The position numbers and the translations under genes were made by a program. Positions 60,546-64,000 of a DNA stretch of 64,000 nt are shown here, piece after piece. This DNA comes from Isurus oxyrinchus (Eukaryota). Within the stretch, counting starts at the first letter, position 1, and the number at the start of each line of letters is the position of its first letter. The notes beneath the pieces were generated by a model. It was not told where the DNA came from. It worked only from the letters and a program-made list of their open reading frames with translations, and searched no databases. Where the stretch lies: NCBI GenBank assembly GCA_026770705.1, contig JANJGN010000010.1, positions 23,808,001 to 23,872,000 of the forward strand, in the 5' to 3' direction.

Positions 60546-61699
60546 ATGTAGTCGACAGTTGTACAAGTATAATTTTACTTGATCTAGCTGATAGTGTTCA
60601 ATAATGTGCAATAAACATCCACTTCTACTGGGAGTTCAACCTTGGCAAGTATCATAACAGCTAGATTGTGCCTTCATACTGCATTTTTTCCTGAACAAAT
60701 TAATTGTGTGGTGTTAATTGTTTTACATGTACTTGTTCTGTGAAAAGTTTTTCATGGCCATGGGTTTTTTTTTACCAGAATGGCATATACTGATTGTGCA
60801 ATCTTTAGCAATTTTGGTTTTAAATTTTTGATGAGCCTTTCCTTCTGTTGTGATTGCTAATTGATTAGAAGTAGACATTTAGATTTTGTGTGTAAGGTGG
60901 AGGTGTAGCTCCAGAATAGCAGCTAAATGTGACTATTGCTTTGTTTGGAATGTGGTGGAATTTGGAAAGAGTGCAAAGAGAAACAGGTTAAAATACAGGT
61001 AGGAATGTGACCTTCAATGTGCTAAGGGAATGGGGTGTGGAGGGGTAGTGGCATGAGCAGCATGGTTTATACATGTGGCTGACTTGACATGCAGTGACTT
61101 TGGGATCCCTATGAAGATACTTCGGGCAATTAAAGGATTGGTGTGAAATGTTTGCAAAGAATACTGTCTGCAGTTGTGTGCCAACAAATGATGGGATATG
61201 ACCTTGTCAAGTGAAGTCTATGCTTTCTTGCAAGAAGAGAGGGAGGGGTGAAATGCCTCAGTTCTTTTAACCACTCCTATTAAGATTATATTTCAAAATA
61301 TGCTGAATTAAATTATTTCCTTACTTTTGTGGAGAGCAAGAAATGGAGTCAAACCAAATGTTATATCCAGCCTTGATCTTTTTCTTTTCCTGCTTTCCCC
61401 CCTTAACCCAACAAACTGACCAGGTCATGAAAAGAGATGCATGGAGTATCAAGTCTGCTGTGGGAGGTGAGCAAATGGCAGGCAGGTTGCAAATAGCAAC
61501 ATTATTTTCAGTACTGCTGCAGTGAAGGATAGGCCCATCCCAAAGAGGAAAAAGCAGAAGAAATTGTTTGAGCTAGGACCTACTTTCTGATGGAATCATC
61601 ATCTGGAAACAGATGATGGAAAGATTGCAAAAGACAACAGGAGAGCCACATGAGTTAGTGAAAGAAATAATAATGTAAAATTCAGAACAGGCATTGACA

Positions 61700-62600
61700 T
61701 GGAGAGAAATGCATTAAATGGTGCTTGAAGTATTTAAATGGTGAGGCAGTGAAAGAATTTATCTTCCATTCAGAGGTCTGGAGAAAGTGCCTAGGGTTTG
61801 GAAGCTGGCAGTAATAATTCTGTAATAGATGGCAGACAGGAAAAAATATCAATCATTGAGTTATTTATCTGTTTAATATTTTAACATTTGCCTAGTGTAT
61901 GGGATAGGGTGCAGACACTTAAATGGAAAACTGCGGGAAAAGACTGGATAGATCCTCCTCCTGAGACAAGTAACTAAAAAATGTTGGGAGTATTAAAAGG
62001 TTTGTGAATATGTTTCAAAGACTTAAGCAGATATGTGATTCATCTGTGAAGAAATGGTGCACAGAACTTGCTGCAGGCTAATATAACATCTGGAAAAGTT
62101 ACCAGATTGCTATAGGAGACGGAGAAGGATGTTTGAGGATTGAAGAAAAAAAAATCAAAGCTTCATGAGGAAAACATTAGCTGCATATTGTCACCCAGCT
62201 TGTTCAGTTTTGTAAGGGACCCTCAAAGAGACAATGGGAATAGAAACTGAAGGCAATGAGTCTGATTATGTATTAGTGATTCAGAACCTAGTAAAAGACC
62301 TCCAATATAACTATGTTGATATTGCCACTGGATCTTGCTACCGCCATAATGGCTAAGGAGATGGGTACAGAAGAAAGAATGGTTTCAAGGTTAGCGTTCT
62401 AAAGACCTAGATTATAATGTGAGGAAGAACATGGGTGGGATGGGAAGAATAATGAACATGCCAGTGATGATGGAAATAATGGTTGAACTTCTATTCCTGG
62501 GGAAGGGGTGTATTGTTGTGGAATTTTTTTGGTGGCCCATGGAAGTCGCTGAAGGAGAGAGAACTCAAGTGTACGAAACTAGTGTTTGACAGAAGGAGAA
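61700..62600 (+). mobile_element. Highly decayed CR1 RT-region fragment
   Basis: Only scattered motif remnants (TGTTTCAAAGAC, GATATTGCCACTGGATC). Confidence 0.35.
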
Positions 62601-64000
62601 TCTGGATAATTTGGAAGTGCTGCACAGTAGCTTATTTGCTTGGCGAGTGACCAAGAGTGCATTAATGCTACAACTGCAGTGTTACTATGAGGGGTAATGT
62701 TTTGCACTGACATTAAAAAGAGTTGCCTAAATCTGAAGTTAGGACCTAACTCAATTCGACTCGTGTGGCAAGCAGAACGAGATCTTCCCTGAGATTTTGC
62801 ATATTTCTTTAGCATAAGTGCAAAGAAAAACTTCTTTGTGCCAATGTTATGAATTTTGGTGTAAAAGCATCCAAAATAAGTGAAATAAATAAGACTACTG
62901 GTTTGTAATGGTTGTTAGGCTAAATGTGTTCTGGGGACTTGATACCCTTGGAAGATGATGGATTAAGTGCCAGATGGAAAATGCCATGTGAAGACCAAAC
63001 CTTCCGTGAGGCTGTGGAGGAATAACGACTGGACACTAGTGGGCAGTATGCTGGAAGTGATGATGTGCCCTTGAATTTCTTAAAATAAGAAATTTGTGGG
63101 GGCGATAGGAGCAGCAATTGGATATATTTTGAGAAAGCAAATGTGTAGAAGAAAATGTTCTTAAAACATACTTTCACTGATGTTTTTTTCCACCTCCCGC
63201 CACTCACTTCAGTCACAAGTATATTTATATGCTTAAATAAAATATGAATTTAACTAGATAAAAATGTTTACTATGTAAAATATGATCTGCAATCCTGGAT
63301 TACATATAACTGAAGAAAGTGCTCCTTGTATAATGCCTCATAATTTCATTTCTGAAGGATCGCAAATTCATTGTAGAAAACTGAATTTTTTTTGTGTAAA
63401 TCATTTATCAAAACAAAGTTTTCTTGTTTACTGAACATTTTGAGTTTCACTGGTTCTGTAGAATCGTGTTAAAACGGAAATATTTGCAGTGATATTGACT
63501 TAACTGGGGAATAAATTTAGAGTTGGGAGTACATCAGAAATTTATGTTTTTGCATCAGATGGATTTGTCTTGACTCAATTTGCACAATACTGCTTTGAGA
63601 AATGTATTCTGCTTTGACTTGTTTACTCTGCAGTTTTGCATTTCTACATTTAAATGTGCTTGAATGTTAATCTCGTGCTCCACCTCTTTTTATACTAGAG
63701 AGCGTTGTTAATAAATAACTAATGTTGGTATCTATCAGCAGTACAGTATAATTCTGATAATTCAGAGTTGTTATTGGTACTGAAATGGATTAAGCAGCAT
63801 AACACACAAAAGTGGTAATTTAGTATTTTAAAAGGTGAATTATTCAGCAATTTGAATGAAATAACTTTGGATTCAGAATAAACTGGTGAATTGTGTGTCA
63901 TTAGATTTTATTTCAGCTGTCAGTTATTCCTGTTCCAATAAAACCACAGTGTCAGTTGACTAAGGTCTAGTCCATATTTAGCTTAACTGGAAAACTGGCT

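Overview
Eukaryotic, vertebrate genomic DNA. The repeat families (SacSINE1-like DeuSINEs, abundant CR1/L2 LINEs, Penelope-like elements) suggest a shark or other cartilaginous fish; this is inference. One host gene is recognisable: a CpG-island promoter (~15.7-16.6 kb) and the first coding exon (16392-16634, +) of a liprin-alpha gene, most like PPFIA4. No further exon was recognised, so the remaining ~47 kb is probably one large intron. Directly upstream of the promoter is ~5 kb of C/T-only low-complexity DNA that grades into a poly-C minisatellite and contains two N gaps. The rest is mostly transposon relics (CR1, L2, a second CR1/L2-group LINE with a partner SINE, RTE, Tx1, pogo) plus an intronless, open-frame rpl39 retrocopy. 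The most interesting signal is a Penelope-like (RT + GIY-YIG) family whose terminal repeat carries a minimal type I hammerhead ribozyme motif. It occurs as three large copies, one short copy and about nine 100-600 bp fold-back or truncated derivatives, several with their own 13-14 bp target-site duplications. The three large copies carry a non-canonical CUGUYGA core, and two of them share the same in-frame stop. Most repeat boundaries were read by eye and are approximate.
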